DNA from: an uncultured Rickettsiales bacterium
GTDB lineage: Bacteria > Pseudomonadota > Alphaproteobacteria > Rickettsiales > UBA8987
DNA length: 64,000 nucleotides
Reading direction: 5' to 3'
Assembly (NCBI GenBank): GCA_964445765.1
Contig: CAYULD010000002.1
Location: forward strand, 296,844 to 360,843
This document shows, piece by piece, positions 40,734-51,724 of the stretch. Position 1 is the first letter of the stretch. Each line of letters starts with the position of its first letter. The position numbers and the translations under genes were made by a program. The notes below the pieces were generated by a model. That model did not search any database and was not told the DNA's origin. It was given only the letters and a program-made list of their open reading frames with translations.

Positions 40734-41576
40734 ATGCTAATCAAACCAATTACATCAGTTAGCGAAACAGGAATTGTGAGATTTTTAATCACGCTAATTT
40801 CTGTTTCATTCTTATTTTTACTTATTGGCTTGCCTGTTGCTGCGGTTTTTATTGAGGCATTTCGTAAAGGCTTTGAAGGTTATGTTGAAGGGATAAACCA
40901 AGATGATGCACTTTCAGCCATAAAACTAACATTACTGGTTGCGGTTATTTCTGTGCCTATAAATATAATCTTTGGAATTATTGCAAGCTGGGCTATTGCT
41001 AAATTTGATTTCGTTGGAAAACAACTTTTAATAACCTTTATTGATTTACCATTTTCAGTATCGCCAGTAATTTCTGGGGTGATTTATATTCTTTTATTCG
41101 GTGCACATTCCGCCTTTGGGCAATGGCTAATTGAAAATGATTATAGAATTATATTCGCTTTGCCGGGCTTGGTAATAGCAACTATTTTTGTAACATTCCC
41201 CTTCGTTGCAAGAGAGCTTATCCCTCTAATGCAAGAGCAAGGAACTGAAGAGGAAGAGGCATCAATTTTACTAGGTGCATCAGGTTTGCAAACTTTTTTA
41301 AGAGTTACTTTGCCAAATATTAAATGGGGCTTACTTTATGGTGTATTGCTATGTAACGCAAGGGCAATGGGGGAATTCGGTGCGGTTTCAGTGGTATCAG
41401 GACATATAAAAGGTAAAACCACTACAATTCCGCTATATGTAGAAATTTTATATAATGAATATAATTTTGTTGCGGCTTTTGCGGTTGCTTCAATTTTAAC
41501 TTTGTTAGCACTTGTAACGCTTGTTCTAAAATATTTACTAGAAGGTAAATATGAACGCGCAACTAACAAACATTAA
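40734..41576 (+). CDS. cysW: Sulfate ABC transporter permease CysW
   Basis: DLPFSVSPVISG, TFPFVAREL, ARAMGEFGAVSVVSG. Confidence 0.93.
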   Translation: MLIKPITSVSETGIVRFLITLISVSFLFLLIGLPVAAVFIEAFRKGFEGYVEGINQDDALSAIKLTLLVAVISVPINIIFGIIASWAIAKFDFVGKQLLITFIDLPFSVSPVISGVIYILLFGAHSAFGQWLIENDYRIIFALPGLVIATIFVTFPFVARELIPLMQEQGTEEEEASILLGASGLQTFLRVTLPNIKWGLLYGVLLCNARAMGEFGAVSVVSGHIKGKTTTIPLYVEILYNEYNFVAAFAVASILTLLALVTLVLKYLLEGKYERATNKH

Positions 41577-41602
41577 AAAATATAACAAGATAATAAATTT
41601 TT

Positions 41603-42772
41603 ATGAGCATAGTTGTTAAATCAGTTAGTAAAAAATTTAAGAATAATTTTATCGCTTTAGATAATGTTACGCTTAAAGTTGAACCGGGAGAGTTAGTTGC
41701 ACTTCTTGGCCCTTCTGGCTCTGGCAAAACTACCCTACTTAGAATTATCTCTGGCTTAGAATTTCCAGATTTTGGAACTATTGTTCTTGATGGTAAAGAA
41801 GCTCACGATCAATCAGTTAAAGAAAGAAATGTTGGCTTTGTATTCCAACATTATGCTTTGTTTAAGCATATGACAGTTTTTGAAAATGTTGCCTTTGGCT
41901 TAACCGTTAAGCCTAAAAAGGAACGCCCAAGTAAAGAAGAAATTCAAGAAAAAGTTTTATCACTTCTTAGGCTTGTTCATCTTGATGCTTTTCACGATAG
42001 ATACCCAAGCCAATTATCTGGTGGGCAAAGGCAAAGGGTTGCACTTGCTAGAGCTTTAGCGGTTGAGCCTAAAGTTCTTCTGCTTGATGAGCCATTTGGT
42101 GCATTAGATGCAAAAGTTCGTAAAGAGCTTCGCAGATGGATGAGAAAACTTCACGATGAAATTCACATAACATCAGTTTTCGTAACTCACGATCAAGAAG
42201 AAGCAATGGAAGTTGCTGATAAAATTGTGGTGATGAATAAAGGAAGAATTGAACAAGTTGGCTCCCCAGAGGAGGTTTATAATAATCCTGCTAATTCATT
42301 TGTTTATGATTTCTTAGGCAATTACAACGAATTTACAGGCTGGCGTGATGATGAAGGAAACATTCATTTTCTTGATAGCGAAGTTAGAAAAACTACTACA
42401 GTTATTGAAGAATCAACGACCAAAAATATCATTGATTTTATCTCCAAAAAAGTTTTTGGCAAAAAAGAAGATGAAATTATAGTTGAAACTAAAATACCCA
42501 CAAAAGCTAGACCAAAAAATATCAAAGAAATCAAAATTTATTGCAGGCCTCACGAGCTTTTTGTTAGCAAAAATAAAGCACCTGAGGAATATATTAAAGC
42601 CAAAATTACTCATATAAATAAAGCGGGCTCAATGATAAAGCTTGAGATGGAGGATAAAACCGGCAAGCTATTATTCGCAGAAATTGGTAGGCAAGTTCAA
42701 GAAGATGAAAAATTTAGTAAGGGTGATGAAGTTTTTCTCTATCCAAAAAATGTAAAAATTTTTAATCAGTAA
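41603..42772 (+). CDS. cysA: Sulfate ABC transporter ATP-binding protein
   Basis: [36 protein letters not shown]; TOBE-like C-terminus. Confidence 0.93.
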   Translation: MSIVVKSVSKKFKNNFIALDNVTLKVEPGELVALLGPSGSGKTTLLRIISGLEFPDFGTIVLDGKEAHDQSVKERNVGFVFQHYALFKHMTVFENVAFGLTVKPKKERPSKEEIQEKVLSLLRLVHLDAFHDRYPSQLSGGQRQRVALARALAVEPKVLLLDEPFGALDAKVRKELRRWMRKLHDEIHITSVFVTHDQEEAMEVADKIVVMNKGRIEQVGSPEEVYNNPANSFVYDFLGNYNEFTGWRDDEGNIHFLDSEVRKTTTVIEESTTKNIIDFISKKVFGKKEDEIIVETKIPTKARPKNIKEIKIYCRPHELFVSKNKAPEEYIKAKITHINKAGSMIKLEMEDKTGKLLFAEIGRQVQEDEKFSKGDEVFLYPKNVKIFNQ

Positions 42773-42787
42773 TCAAAATAAAATTTA

Positions 42788-43609
42788 ATGCGTCTTTTAT
42801 TTTTAGGTGATGTAGTTGGCAAAGCTGGCAGAGATGTTGTTGCAAATCATTTATATCGCTTAAAAAAAGAATTAAGCATAGATTTTTGCGTTGTAAATGG
42901 TGAAAACGCCGCTAATGGCTTTGGTGTTAATGAGAAAATAATTGATAGCTTTATATCACAAGGTGCAAATGTTGTTACTTGTGGTGATCACACTTTTGAT
43001 CAAAAAGAAACCAAGTTTTTTATAAATAATCGCTATGAAATGTTAAGGCCACTAAATATGCCAACACAACTGCCGGGCAGGGGTTTTAATTTATATTCTG
43101 TGCAAGATAATAAAAAAATTTTAGTAGTGCATTTAATGTGCCAATTATTTATGAGATTCCAAGTAAATTGCCCTTTTGAAGCTATAACAAACCTTCTTTC
43201 AAAATACCAATTAGGCAAAGATGTAAATTATATTTTTGTAGATTTGCACGGTGAGGCAACCTCAGAAAAAATGGCAATGGGGCAATATCTTGATGGTAAA
43301 GTATCTGCGGTTTTTGGCTCTCATACTCATATTCCAACCTCAGATGTGCAAATATTACCAAAAGGAACGGCTTATCAAACAGATGCTGGAATGTGCGGTG
43401 ATTATGATTCTGTTATAGGTTTTAGAAAAGATATTTCTGTTCCAAATTTTTTGAATAAAATTAGGGGTGAAAATAAAATGCAACCTGCTGAAGGTGATGG
43501 CACTTTATGTGGCACTTTCGTTGAGTTAGATGAAAAATCAGGCCTTGCCCTGCGTTCTGATTATATTAGAGTTGGCGGCAGACTCCGCCCTCATATACCT
43601 GTTTTGTAG
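42788..43609 (+). CDS. YmdB-like metallophosphoesterase (TIGR00282)
   Basis: LGDVVG..GR, NGENAA.G, DLHGEATSEK, GSHTH.PT.D, TDAGMCG. Confidence 0.9.
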   Translation: MRLLFLGDVVGKAGRDVVANHLYRLKKELSIDFCVVNGENAANGFGVNEKIIDSFISQGANVVTCGDHTFDQKETKFFINNRYEMLRPLNMPTQLPGRGFNLYSVQDNKKILVVHLMCQLFMRFQVNCPFEAITNLLSKYQLGKDVNYIFVDLHGEATSEKMAMGQYLDGKVSAVFGSHTHIPTSDVQILPKGTAYQTDAGMCGDYDSVIGFRKDISVPNFLNKIRGENKMQPAEGDGTLCGTFVELDEKSGLALRSDYIRVGGRLRPHIPVL

Positions 43610-43617
43610 ATTTATTG

Positions 43618-45378
43618 TTAGCGCTCATATGAATTTTTATTAACCTTGCCTGTTATATAGTCGTATGTAATATGAGTAGTTTCACCTGTTTTAATATTTT
43701 TTATAAAAATATCCTTGCTATTTATATCTAAACAAGAGCCGTCTGATAATTTAATTTGACTAAGGGCTTTTATTTCTTCTTCTGTAAAACCATTTTTGGC
43801 AAATTCTAATGCAATTTCTACTATCTCATTATGGTTAGCTTTTTTTTCTGTATTAGTAATTAAATTAACCTTTTTGTTATTTGAATCATCCTTAAAAACA
43901 AATCCTGATTTAGAGTAAAACCCCTTTATTCTAATAAGGTTATTTTCTTTATTTATTTCAGTATCAATCTTGAATTCGTTTTTAAGAAAAGTTTGTAATT
44001 CTTCAAGTTTTTTTAACTCTGGTGAAGATATGAACCCATTTTTGGTTAATTCGTCTATAAGTTGTCTAGCTTTAGATAGTTCAACATCCATATCAAAGCC
44101 GTTTTTGTTAATATCAAAAACCTCATTCCAATATGAGGCCATTTGATAATTAAAATCCTTTTCACTTCTTAGAGTCGCTTTCATTTGAGAATGTGTATTT
44201 TTTTGATGGTATTGTTTATGGTTGTCAGAATAAACAATAACATTAGCACCCTTTAGATGGGACTCGGTAGTAACATATGAATCCCTATATATTTCTCTTC
44301 CAATTGAATTTAAGTATAAATTTTCTATATCAACTGAATGAGACTCACTGGGCAAATTAACTCTTAATGCTGGATCTAGCATAAAGGAAAAGATTCCTGT
44401 GTAAGCTTTATGAAATTTAGGGTCAATTTCATATATAGATTTCATTTCACTTAAATATTCCTTTCTTATTTCAACTTTTTTAAACTTTGCCTCTGGTGTG
44501 TTGTTAATGGCACTTATAACTAAGTTGCTTGCATATATATCCGGAGAATTTCTCATACTGACTGGTAGATAATCTAGTTTCTTTCCTTCAACTTCATCTA
44601 AAGACTCAATAATTTTATATAAATCATCGTAACTTAAATCTTTAGACTTGAGTTTTTTTATATCTGCTTTTTCTAAGCTACTTGAGTAGGCATCTAATAA
44701 TACTTTTATAACTTCTTCTCTTAATGGTCCTTTCCAAATTTTATGGAAATGCTCTCTCCTGAAATCTTCATTTTCGTATGAGTTACTAATTTCAGTTATT
44801 CTTTTTCTAGAAGTTTCAAATACATCTTTAATGTTAGGGCTATCTTTATTTTGTTTATAATAAGCGTACAGTTCATCAAATTTTTCAAAGTTTGAAATGC
44901 CATCATCTATTCTATTATCTCCTACCTTATCTTTTGTATGATATTCATAAACTATATGAGCTATTTCGTGAACTATAGTAAGGTCTAGTGATTGTGAAAA
45001 TGAGCTGTAAGGAGATATTATTATTCTAGGTTCGGTGCCTTCAGGTATTGCTTCGTTAACATTACCAAATAGTATTTTAATTTTTTGCCCTTCAGGAAGA
45101 TTAGGATCTTCTGATATAAATTTTTCAAGAAGCATTAGTTGTTCCTGAAAAACCCCATTTTTTTCAAGTTTATCTAATTCATATTCGAAAGTAGGATTAA
45201 ATGGTATTTTATTATCTGGGTAATATTTTTTAGAGTCTTTTAAGAATTCTTTAGGTAAAGGTTCATCTGAATATTCGCTTAAATCAAGTACACTCCTCCA
45301 GCTACAGAAGTTTTTATCTGCATTTTGAAGCTGAGATTGCAAGATTACTTGTATTAAAAACCCTATAACTTCCCCCAT
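43618..45378 (-). CDS. Hypothetical protein with HEXXH zinc-binding motif
   Basis: 586-aa open frame; TIVHEIAHIVYE; no other recognisable family. Confidence 0.6.
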   Translation of the reverse strand: MGEVIGFLIQVILQSQLQNADKNFCSWRSVLDLSEYSDEPLPKEFLKDSKKYYPDNKIPFNPTFEYELDKLEKNGVFQEQLMLLEKFISEDPNLPEGQKIKILFGNVNEAIPEGTEPRIIISPYSSFSQSLDLTIVHEIAHIVYEYHTKDKVGDNRIDDGISNFEKFDELYAYYKQNKDSPNIKDVFETSRKRITEISNSYENEDFRREHFHKIWKGPLREEVIKVLLDAYSSSLEKADIKKLKSKDLSYDDLYKIIESLDEVEGKKLDYLPVSMRNSPDIYASNLVISAINNTPEAKFKKVEIRKEYLSEMKSIYEIDPKFHKAYTGIFSFMLDPALRVNLPSESHSVDIENLYLNSIGREIYRDSYVTTESHLKGANVIVYSDNHKQYHQKNTHSQMKATLRSEKDFNYQMASYWNEVFDINKNGFDMDVELSKARQLIDELTKNGFISSPELKKLEELQTFLKNEFKIDTEINKENNLIRIKGFYSKSGFVFKDDSNNKKVNLITNTEKKANHNEIVEIALEFAKNGFTEEEIKALSQIKLSDGSCLDINSKDIFIKNIKTGETTHITYDYITGKVNKNSYER

Positions 45379-45824
45379 AAACTATAATTATAAATAATAG
45401 CTCAAAAAGGTTAATTTTTAATTAATATTAATTGATTATGTAGAATATAATTCAGACTTGAGAGTTTATATTAAAAAAGATTAGATAATAATTAAAATAT
45501 TATGCCTTTATCAAAGATATCCCGTTCGCATATCTGAAAAAAAATAAAAAGCCCCAACCTAAATATTTTTCAACAATAATTAAGCAAAAAAGCCAAATTA
45601 TTTAAATCTATATAAAATGCTTTAATTTCTGGCTGAAGAGCTTTTAATTACTTTTCTGTTAGAGATATTTTAGGGGGATATTTTTTGTTACAATGAATTT
45701 TTACCCCTAAATATCCCCCCCATAAAATTTGGATAACATAAGACGGCATAAAATCATTTTGGATTAAAATAACTGCTTTGAGCCTAATTACAAGCACTTT
45801 TGAGAACAATATAAAACTCTAAAA

Positions 45825-45900
45825 TGGTGCTACAGATGGGAATCGAACCCACGACCCCTGCATTACCAATGCAGTGCAACTACCCCTGTGCTACTGTAGC
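45825..45900 (-). tRNA. tRNA-Thr (GGT)
   Basis: GCTACAG acceptor stem, CTGCA-TTGGTAA-TGCAG anticodon arm, GTTCGATTC T-loop, encoded CCA. Confidence 0.93.
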
Positions 45901-46008
45901 CTAATTCTAAATTTTATGATTTATATAAATAAATTTTTTATTTTCAAACTTAAATATTTCTCTATTGTAGAAGCTCTAGTTTGAATATCTAAAAATAATT
46001 TTTACTTA

Positions 46009-48234
46009 ATGGCAAAAAAAGCATCAGAAGAAATTTTAATTCAAGGTAATTTTTCTGATATTCTCTCAGAAAAATATCTCGCATATGCACTTTCTACCAT
46101 AACTTCTCGCTCTTTGCCTGATGTTAGAGATGGCTTAAAGCCTGTGCATAGGCGTATTTTATGGGCAATGCACCAACTTAAGCTTGATCCCAAATCGGGC
46201 TATAAAAAATGTGCAAGGGTGGTTGGTGATGTTATTGGTAAATATCACCCACATGGTGATGTTGCGGTTTATGATGCACTTGTAAGGCTTGCTCAAAATT
46301 TCTCAGTTCGCTATCCACTGGTTGATGGGCAAGGTAATTTTGGCTCAATAGATGGTGATAATGCTGCTGCAATGCGTTACACAGAAGCCCGTATGACAGA
46401 AGTTGCAACCCTAATGTTGCAAGATATTGAAAATGAAACCGTTGGTTTTAAGCCAACTTATGATGGCTTAGATGAAGAGCCACTCGTTCTGCCAGCTTAC
46501 TTTCCAAATTTACTTGCAAATGGCAGTGAAGGAATTGCCGTTGGTATGGCAACTGCAATACCCCCACATAATGTTGATGAAATCTGTGATGCTTTACTAC
46601 ATTTAATTAAGCACCCAAATGCTGATATAAAAACTTTAGTGGGATATGTTAAAGCCCCTGATTTTCCTACAGGTGGTGAGATTATAGAAACCGAAGAAAG
46701 CATTATATTATCATATGAAAAAGGGCGTGGGGCTTTTCGTTTAAGAAGCAAGTGGGAAAAGGAAGATTTAGGGCGTGGGGGTTATCAAATAGTTATTACG
46801 GAAATCCCTTATCAAGTTCAGAAATCTAAACTTCTTGAAAAGCTGGCAGAAAGTTTAGAAAATAAAAAAATCCCATTAGTTGGTAATATTAAAGATGAAT
46901 CAGCGGAAAATATCCGCATTATAATTGAGCCTAAAAATCGCACGATAGACCCTGAAATTCTAATGGAATCTCTATTTCGCTCAAGTGATTTAGAAATTCG
47001 TTATAATATGAATCTTAATGCACTTGATGCAAATGGCTTGCCAAGGGTGATGAGCTTAAAGGATATACTTCTAGCTTTTTTAGAGCATAGAAAAGATGTT
47101 CTTATCAAAAAATCAAATTATCGCTTGGGTAAAATTGAGGCTCGCCTTGAAATTTTAGCAGGCTTCTTAATTGCTTATCTTAACCTAGATGAAATCATCA
47201 GAATTATTAGGGAAGAAGACCACCCAAAAGAAGTTATGATGAAAAAATTTAAGCTAACGGATAACCAAGCAGAGGCAATTCTTAATATGAGATTACGCTC
47301 CCTTAGAAAATTAGAGGAGATGGAAATCAAGCAAGAAAACAAATCTCTCAAGGAAGAAAAAGCTAGACTTCTAGAAATTCTTAAAAACCCTGAAGAGCAG
47401 AAAAAGGAAATTGCCAATAACATAAAAGAAATTAAAAAATTATTCTCTGCAAAAACAGAAATTGGCAAAAGACGCACAATAGTAACTCATAAATTACTTG
47501 CAAATAATGTTATTTCTATTGAAGCATTTGTTGAAAAAGAGCCTGTAACAATAGTTCTCTCAAAATTAAATTGGATTAGAAGTTTTAAGGGTCATAACCT
47601 TGATGCATCAACGATTAAATATAAAGAAGGCGATGAAGAGGGCTTGATAATTAAAGCTCAAACAACTGATAAAATAGTTTTCTTCACTTCATTTGGTAAA
47701 TCTTTTACCCTTAACGCAGATAAAATACCCGGTGGTAAAGGTTTTGGTGATCCGCTTTCGCTTCTTCTAGATATTGCCCCAGAGGAAGAAATAATTGCTA
47801 AATTTGCCTATGAAGAAAATGCAAAATATATTCTTGCAACCAAGTTAGGCAAGGGCTTTGTGGTTGAGGCTTTTGACCTTATTGCAAGCACCAAAACGGG
47901 TAAGCAAATAATGAATCTTAAGGAAAAAGATAAAGTTATAATCTGCAAAAAAATTACTGCAAATTTAGTTGCAACCATTGGCGAAAATAGAAAAATTATC
48001 ATATTCCCTATAGAGCAAATTCCAGTGATGAAAAAAGGGCAAGGCGTTGGCCTGCAAAAATTCAAAGATGGCGGTTTAAGTGATGTTACCTTTGTAGATG
48101 AAAAAATAGGTTTAGAATATTATAAAGGTGAGAGAAAATTTGTGGTTGATAATTTCAAATATTGGCTTTCAAATCGTGCCGATGCTGGTAAGCTCGCCCC
48201 AGAAGGCTTCCCAAGAAATAATAAATTTAGTTAA
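46009..48234 (+). CDS. parC: DNA topoisomerase IV subunit A
   Basis: [40 protein letters not shown]; no GyrA box. Confidence 0.95.
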   Translation: MAKKASEEILIQGNFSDILSEKYLAYALSTITSRSLPDVRDGLKPVHRRILWAMHQLKLDPKSGYKKCARVVGDVIGKYHPHGDVAVYDALVRLAQNFSVRYPLVDGQGNFGSIDGDNAAAMRYTEARMTEVATLMLQDIENETVGFKPTYDGLDEEPLVLPAYFPNLLANGSEGIAVGMATAIPPHNVDEICDALLHLIKHPNADIKTLVGYVKAPDFPTGGEIIETEESIILSYEKGRGAFRLRSKWEKEDLGRGGYQIVITEIPYQVQKSKLLEKLAESLENKKIPLVGNIKDESAENIRIIIEPKNRTIDPEILMESLFRSSDLEIRYNMNLNALDANGLPRVMSLKDILLAFLEHRKDVLIKKSNYRLGKIEARLEILAGFLIAYLNLDEIIRIIREEDHPKEVMMKKFKLTDNQAEAILNMRLRSLRKLEEMEIKQENKSLKEEKARLLEILKNPEEQKKEIANNIKEIKKLFSAKTEIGKRRTIVTHKLLANNVISIEAFVEKEPVTIVLSKLNWIRSFKGHNLDASTIKYKEGDEEGLIIKAQTTDKIVFFTSFGKSFTLNADKIPGGKGFGDPLSLLLDIAPEEEIIAKFAYEENAKYILATKLGKGFVVEAFDLIASTKTGKQIMNLKEKDKVIICKKITANLVATIGENRKIIIFPIEQIPVMKKGQGVGLQKFKDGGLSDVTFVDEKIGLEYYKGERKFVVDNFKYWLSNRADAGKLAPEGFPRNNKFS

Positions 48235-48236
48235 AC

Positions 48237-50198
48237 TTATTCTGCAGATTTAATTATAGCTTCTTTGGTGATGCCGAAATGAGTAAAAAGTTTTTCAGCG
48301 GGTGCTGATGCACCGAAGGAATTCATACCAATAAATTTACCTTTTCTGCCGATATAACGCTCCCAGCCTAGTTTTGAGCCTGCTTCAACGGCGATAATTT
48401 TTGCAGAGCTACCTTCACCTAAAATATAATTTTTATATTCTTGGTTTTGTTTTTCAAATAATTCCCAAGATATAAAAGAAACCACTCTAACTTTTTTACC
48501 TTTAGAAATTAAATCTTTTGCAGCTTCAACAGCAAGGCTAACTTCTGAGCCAGTTGCGAGGATAATTACATCAGGGTTTTTCTCTTGCATAATTTCATAA
48601 GCACCTTTCTTAGAAAGATTTTCTGAAATATTTTCACCCCTTAAATTTGGTAAATTTTGACGAGTTAAAACCAACACCGAAGGCGTGTTTTCGCTTTCAA
48701 GTGCAATCTGCCAGCTTTCCGCCGTTTCTACAGCATCAGCAGGGCGAAGAATTTGTAAATTTGGAACCGCCCTAAGTGCAGCAAGATGCTCTATTGGCTG
48801 GTGGGTTGGCCCATCTTCTCCAAGCCCAATGGAATCGTGAGTCATAACAAATATAACCCTCTGCTTCATAAGGGCGGCAAGCCTTATTGCCGGCTTGCAG
48901 TAATCAGTAAATACGAAGAAAGTGCCACCATAAGGTATAAAGCCACCGTGAAGGGCAATGCCATTCATTGCGGCACACATTGCGTGTTCTCTCACGCCAT
49001 AATAAATATATCTGCCAGAATAATCAGAGCTTGTGAAAGGTTTTAGCGTTTTAGTTTTGGTTAAGTTTGAGCCTGTTAAATCCGCAGAGCCACCAATTAA
49101 TTCAGGGAGTGCATCAACTAAATATTCAAGCGTCATACCAGATGATTTTCTAGTTGCCATTGGCGTTGATTTAGAAAATGCAATTTTTGCTTCATTAATT
49201 TTTTCAGAAAAATTTGCAGGAAGTTTTCCAGATATAACCCTTTCAAATTCTGATTTTTTATCTGATTTTTTGAGCCTTTCATTCCAAGAATTATATTCTG
49301 CTTGGCTTCTATTGCCTGCATCACGCCATAAATTCAAAATTTCATTGGGGATTTCAAACGCAGGATAATCCCATCCAAGATTTTTTCTTGCACCTTCTAT
49401 TTCAGCTTTACCAAGTGGTGAGCCGTGCGAATCAGAAGTCCCAGCTTTAGTTGGTGCACCTTTTGCGATAATTGTTCTGCACGCAATTAATGTTGGTTTA
49501 TCTGACTTTTGGGCTTTTGATATTGCTTGTTCAATTTGTTCAAAATTATGCCCATCTATTGAAATAGTATTCCAGCCTGATGCTTCAAACCTCTTTATTT
49601 GATCTTCTGAAGTGGCAAGGGAAGTTGGCCCATCTATTGATATTTGGTTATCATCAAATAGCACGATTAATTTATTTAATTTAAGATGCCCCGCTAAGGA
49701 AATTGCCTCTTGTGAAATACCTTCCATTAAGCAACCATCACCTGCAATTACATAAGTATAATGATTAACTAAGTCATTACCAAATCTAGCATTTAAGCCC
49801 CTTTCTGCGATTGCAAAGCCGACAGAATTTGCGATACCTTGCCCAAGTGGCCCTGTGGTTGTTTCAATGCCACCTGCTTCACCAAATTCAGGATGACCAC
49901 AAGTTTTTGAGTGTAATTGTCTAAAATTTTTTATTTCATCTAGGGTAATTTCTGCATAGCCTGTTAAATATAGCAATGAATATAGCAACATTGAGCCATG
50001 CCCTGCAGAAAGAATAAATCTATCTCTATCAGCCCAATTCGGATTTTTAGGATTAAATTTTAAGAATTTTGAAAATAGAATTGTGGCAACATCTGCCATA
50101 CCCATTGGCATTCCGGGGTGGCCAGAATTGGCTTTTTCTACGGCATCCATTGATAAAGCACGAATCGCATTAGCCATATTTTGAAGTGAAGATGTCAT
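48237..50198 (-). CDS. tkt: Transketolase
   Basis: SGHPGMPMG, DRDRFILSAGHGS, GDGCLMEG, GEDGPTHQP. Confidence 0.97.
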   Translation of the reverse strand: MTSSLQNMANAIRALSMDAVEKANSGHPGMPMGMADVATILFSKFLKFNPKNPNWADRDRFILSAGHGSMLLYSLLYLTGYAEITLDEIKNFRQLHSKTCGHPEFGEAGGIETTTGPLGQGIANSVGFAIAERGLNARFGNDLVNHYTYVIAGDGCLMEGISQEAISLAGHLKLNKLIVLFDDNQISIDGPTSLATSEDQIKRFEASGWNTISIDGHNFEQIEQAISKAQKSDKPTLIACRTIIAKGAPTKAGTSDSHGSPLGKAEIEGARKNLGWDYPAFEIPNEILNLWRDAGNRSQAEYNSWNERLKKSDKKSEFERVISGKLPANFSEKINEAKIAFSKSTPMATRKSSGMTLEYLVDALPELIGGSADLTGSNLTKTKTLKPFTSSDYSGRYIYYGVREHAMCAAMNGIALHGGFIPYGGTFFVFTDYCKPAIRLAALMKQRVIFVMTHDSIGLGEDGPTHQPIEHLAALRAVPNLQILRPADAVETAESWQIALESENTPSVLVLTRQNLPNLRGENISENLSKKGAYEIMQEKNPDVIILATGSEVSLAVEAAKDLISKGKKVRVVSFISWELFEKQNQEYKNYILGEGSSAKIIAVEAGSKLGWERYIGRKGKFIGMNSFGASAPAEKLFTHFGITKEAIIKSAE

Positions 50199-50206
50199 AA
50201 GAAAAA

Positions 50207-50827
50207 TTATTCTATAGTTAAAACAAAGTTTAGTAGCTCAAATTCTTTTGCTATGAAAAAGAATATAAAAAATGTGATAGCGGTATATATTCCCGCGATA
50301 ATATCATCAAGCATTATTCCAAGCCCACCTTTAATATTTTTATCAGCATAACCTATGTGAAGTGGCTTTGAAATATCAAATATTCTGAATAAAATAAAAA
50401 TTATTGGAAAAAACCAGCCAGCTAAAGAAAAATAAATTAAATATTCTTTTGGGTTTATAAAATATAAAAATGCAAAAAAATCTGCAATTAATGAGGTTGC
50501 AACAAAAATTCCCGCAACTTCATCTATTACAATTTGTTTTGGATCAGATATTTTTATTTTTTGAGAGTAAATTTCTGAAGTATAAACCCCAAGAGTACAA
50601 AATAAAATTGCTAAAATATTTATTAATGGAATTATTAAGTTGCTTGGAATATAACCAGCACCAAGCCTAAAATTAAGCCCTGTTTCATCATAATAAAAAT
50701 TACTTGGCTGATAGAAAATTATAGCAACTAAAATAGTTGCTAATAGGCTAGCAAAAGTGCCTTGTGCAAATGGAAATTTGCCAGTATAGAAAAAAGTGGA
50801 AAATATTTCAGAAAATTTTTCTTTCAT
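50207..50827 (-). CDS. pgpA: Phosphatidylglycerophosphatase A
   Basis: G..P.A.GT..S, DP..IVIDEVAG, FRIFDI.KP, GG.GIMLDD. Confidence 0.9.
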   Translation of the reverse strand: MKEKFSEIFSTFFYTGKFPFAQGTFASLLATILVAIIFYQPSNFYYDETGLNFRLGAGYIPSNLIIPLINILAILFCTLGVYTSEIYSQKIKISDPKQIVIDEVAGIFVATSLIADFFAFLYFINPKEYLIYFSLAGWFFPIIFILFRIFDISKPLHIGYADKNIKGGLGIMLDDIIAGIYTAITFFIFFFIAKEFELLNFVLTIE

Positions 50828-50830
50828 TCT

Positions 50831-50864
50831 TTAGGGGTTAGGGGTTAGGTTTTAGGGTTCAGTT
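50831..50864. repeat. Heptamer tandem repeat (TTAGGGG-like) upstream of pgpA
   Basis: TTAGGGG TTAGGGG TTAGGTT TTAGGGT TCAGTT. Confidence 0.65.
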
Positions 50865-50972
50865 TGTATACCAAGGATTTTTTCAGAAGAAAAAATTCAG
50901 GCAATGAAATGACTCTTTTGAGTTAACTTATAGACAATAAGAAATAAAAAACTTTACTAAAATTGCCTAGCC

Positions 50973-51650
50973 TCAAGCTAAAATACTTTGAAAGATTATT
51001 TTACCATCAATACCACCAGTATAGGCATCACAATGCCTTTCTGGGTGAGGCATAAGCCCTAAAACATTCTTATTTTTATTATAAACCCCAGCGATATTTT
51101 CTACTGAGCCATTAGGGTTTGCAGTTTCAGTAACATCACCACCAGCATTACAATATTTGAAGGCGATTTGATTATTATCATTTAGTGCTTTAAGCTCATC
51201 TTCAGAGGCAAAATAATTGCCATCGTGATGTGCTATAGAAATTTTAAGAGGCTTATCTGATTTATATTTTTTAATAAATACAGCATCACTATTTTCTGGG
51301 CGAAGATAAACTTCTTTACAGATAAATTTTAGATTTTTGTTTCTCATCAAAACGCCGGGTAATAAACCAGCTTCAGTAAGAATTTGAAAGCCATTACAAA
51401 TTCCCAATACATAACCGCCATTATCTGCAAACTTTTTAACTTCTTTCATAATATTTGAATGGGCAGAAATCGCACCGCATCTAAGGTAATCCCCATAAGA
51501 AAAGCCACCCGGAACACATACTAAATCTAATTTTGGGAGTTCTGTTTGCTTATGCCATATCATCTCAACCTTAAAACCACTAGATTTTAAGGCAACCGCA
51601 AGATCTCTATCGCAATTTGAACCGGGAAATACTAAAACACCTGCTTTCAT
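50973..51650 (-). CDS. purQ: Phosphoribosylformylglycinamidine synthase subunit PurQ
   Basis: [31 protein letters not shown]. Confidence 0.96.
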   Translation of the reverse strand: MKAGVLVFPGSNCDRDLAVALKSSGFKVEMIWHKQTELPKLDLVCVPGGFSYGDYLRCGAISAHSNIMKEVKKFADNGGYVLGICNGFQILTEAGLLPGVLMRNKNLKFICKEVYLRPENSDAVFIKKYKSDKPLKISIAHHDGNYFASEDELKALNDNNQIAFKYCNAGGDVTETANPNGSVENIAGVYNKNKNVLGLMPHPERHCDAYTGGIDGKIIFQSILA

Positions 51651-51653
51651 ATA

Positions 51654-51690
51654 TTTGGGGGTTAAGGGTTGGGGGTTAGAAATGGTTGAG
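51654..51690. repeat. Heptamer tandem repeat upstream of purQ
   Basis: TTGGGGG TTAAGGG TTGGGGG TTAGAAA. Confidence 0.55.
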
Positions 51691-51724
51691 AAATCATAAA
51701 AATCCGTAAATACTAAACTCTAGT

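Noticed and set aside
45409-45426. CtrA box TTAA-N7-TTAA upstream of the orphan gene
   Set aside because: Expected by chance in such AT-rich sequence
50831-50864. Telomeric TTAGGG sequence or eukaryotic contamination
   Set aside because: The period is 7 nt, the tract is degenerate, and it is embedded between bacterial genes
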